Origin: Hypanus sabinus
Taxonomy: Eukaryota
DNA: 64,000 nucleotides
NCBI RefSeq assembly: GCF_030144855.1
Contig: NC_082725.1
Span: forward strand, 26,412,001-26,476,000
Direction of reading: 5' to 3'
The translations under genes were made by a program, and so were the position numbers. Numbering within the stretch: position 1 is the first letter of the stretch; each line of letters begins with the position of its first letter. The notes under the pieces are model-generated. The model did not search any database and was not told the origin of the DNA. It saw nothing but the letters and a program-made list of their open reading frames with translations. This document shows positions 62,359 through 64,000 of this stretch, one piece after another.

Positions 62359-64000
62359 ATCTTTGTTCAGAACGCTACACATTATTCTGTAATATTTTAC
62401 AGATTAAGAAAATATGAGTGTCTGCAGTTATTTTCTTTTTACAGTATTTGAGTACAAACTGTAAGAATTTTAAAACCGCATTTGTTTACAATTTGGAGTT
62501 TTGCATGGTGACAGTACAAAGCCAGTACTGGATGACTGACAGCTCATTCTAAGTCCATCAGGGCTGAAAAAGCTGCTCGGAATCTTTTCTTGGCAAGATT
62601 TCATATTGGAAATTTATCTTGTGCAGAGCACAATTCTCAACTTATTGGTCAAATAAACTACACTCTGTGTATCCATTTATTTTGCATGAAGTGAATGGTT
62701 CTCCTCAACAAAAAGCAAATCTTAAAAGTACCCTGTTAAAATCATAAAACTGCTAAAATAATTGTCAAAAGGATTAAAATAGATTTTTTTTCCCAGCAAG
62801 AGTGTTGGGAATAGCTGAAGTTTTGGTGGAAGCAAAACCTTGTGTTTTTTTTAACAACCTGGATGAAGATTTGGAGGGTTTCTAGCTGAAAGGGTACCAA
62901 AACAATGGCAAAATGGATGTTAACCCAAACAGAAATGTTTTCCAGCATTGTGCCCAATGTGTGGTTTCTACCTTTCAAGTTTCTTTGGTTCAGTGTTGAT
63001 ATTTTGCAGTAGTAAAGGTGCTTTGAATGTAAAGCCTCACTCTAATTCTCCCTCAACACGAGTGAATCTGCAGATGCAAATTCTCTCTCATTCTTTTTCA
63101 AGTATTCTTTTTTTTGTAAATAGATCAAGTTTCCTCTAAAAACCCAATGTAAAGAAAAATAACAGACTTATGAAATGCCTACCATAACCTTGTTCTCCCA
63201 AGTAGCTTTACAGATTTTGAAGTGCAGTCGCTATTGCAGTAAAGATGAATTCTCTTCCCAACACTTTCCAGTGGAGTGTTTTTTTTCCCAACCTTCTGCA
63301 TTCAAAACTAATTTGAACATTCTCTTGTTTCATTTTAAAGTTGACACCCACAAGTTATTCTTTTACCTGACAGAGGCAACGGTTTATTTCCACTTCTGGC
63401 ATCACTATTATAATCTTCTGGCTGCAGTAATCACTGACTCTATTGCAACATTTTAATGAGATTCAAAACTATGTCATTATAATCAAATTACAGTAACCTT
63501 AAGAGGAACATTTAAATGATCAAATTAGCATATTTGAAATTGAAAGCCAGTTGTCCATTGAAAGGTTTGAAGCCACCATTAAGATAGTTTAGTCAATTAA
63601 TAGATGAATATTATGGAGTCAGAGAGACATAGGAAACAAGTACTTCTCTCATTTTGTTGTCATTCAAGCACTAATTTTTATACAAATTTCACCCCCCACC
63701 ACCACCAAGTCCTACTACAAATCTACACAGCAGAGACAATCTTCAGTGGCAAATTAGCATACCAATTTTGCTGAGATCTTTGGATTTAAAGGCAGCTATA
63801 TGTTTTGAGGTTTAACTGCTACAACCAAACCAGCAGAAATGAGTTTTGCACATATTGTGAAAATAATGCAGGAACATTTGAATGGCTGTCGGATGTGAGA
63901 GAAATTGTATATTTAATATTTAAGTAACTTTAGAGTAATTTTGTGTGTATAAAAGAAGGAAGTAGACAGTGTAGCTCCTGACTCCCTTGTTTTACTTTGA

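Noticed and set aside
1-64000. CRISPR arrays, rRNA or prokaryotic operons
   Set aside because: No regularly spaced repeat-spacer structure or rRNA similarity; the sequence is vertebrate repeat-rich DNA.

Overview
Eukaryotic, AT-rich, repeat-dense DNA with no host protein-coding exon I can support. The repeat mix (CR1, Rex1/Babar, Penelope, V-SINE, DeuSINE, CORE-SINE, RTE, Tc1) suggests an intronic or intergenic stretch of a cartilaginous fish, probably a ray; this is inference from recalled repeat families. The three clearest elements are: (1) a structurally complete 4.2-kb Ty3/Gypsy element of the CsRn1 clade at 1208-5417 (TG..CA LTRs, CCCA target-site duplication, tRNA-Trp PBS, CHCC Gag) inserted in a Rex1 LINE; (2) a 3'-truncated sister copy on the minus strand at 12231-15588; (3) a full-length but mutated 6-kb L1 at 36184-42189 with a 16-bp TSD, nested in an old Gypsy integrase. 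The most interesting signals are RNA-level: a -1 frameshift cassette whose hairpin co-varies between the two Gypsy copies, several minimal hammerhead-ribozyme motifs in Penelope ends, and a GC-box/ETS-CRE plus hairpin module just upstream of L1 ORF2. I found no clearly novel multi-gene system. Boundaries of degraded repeats are approximate.
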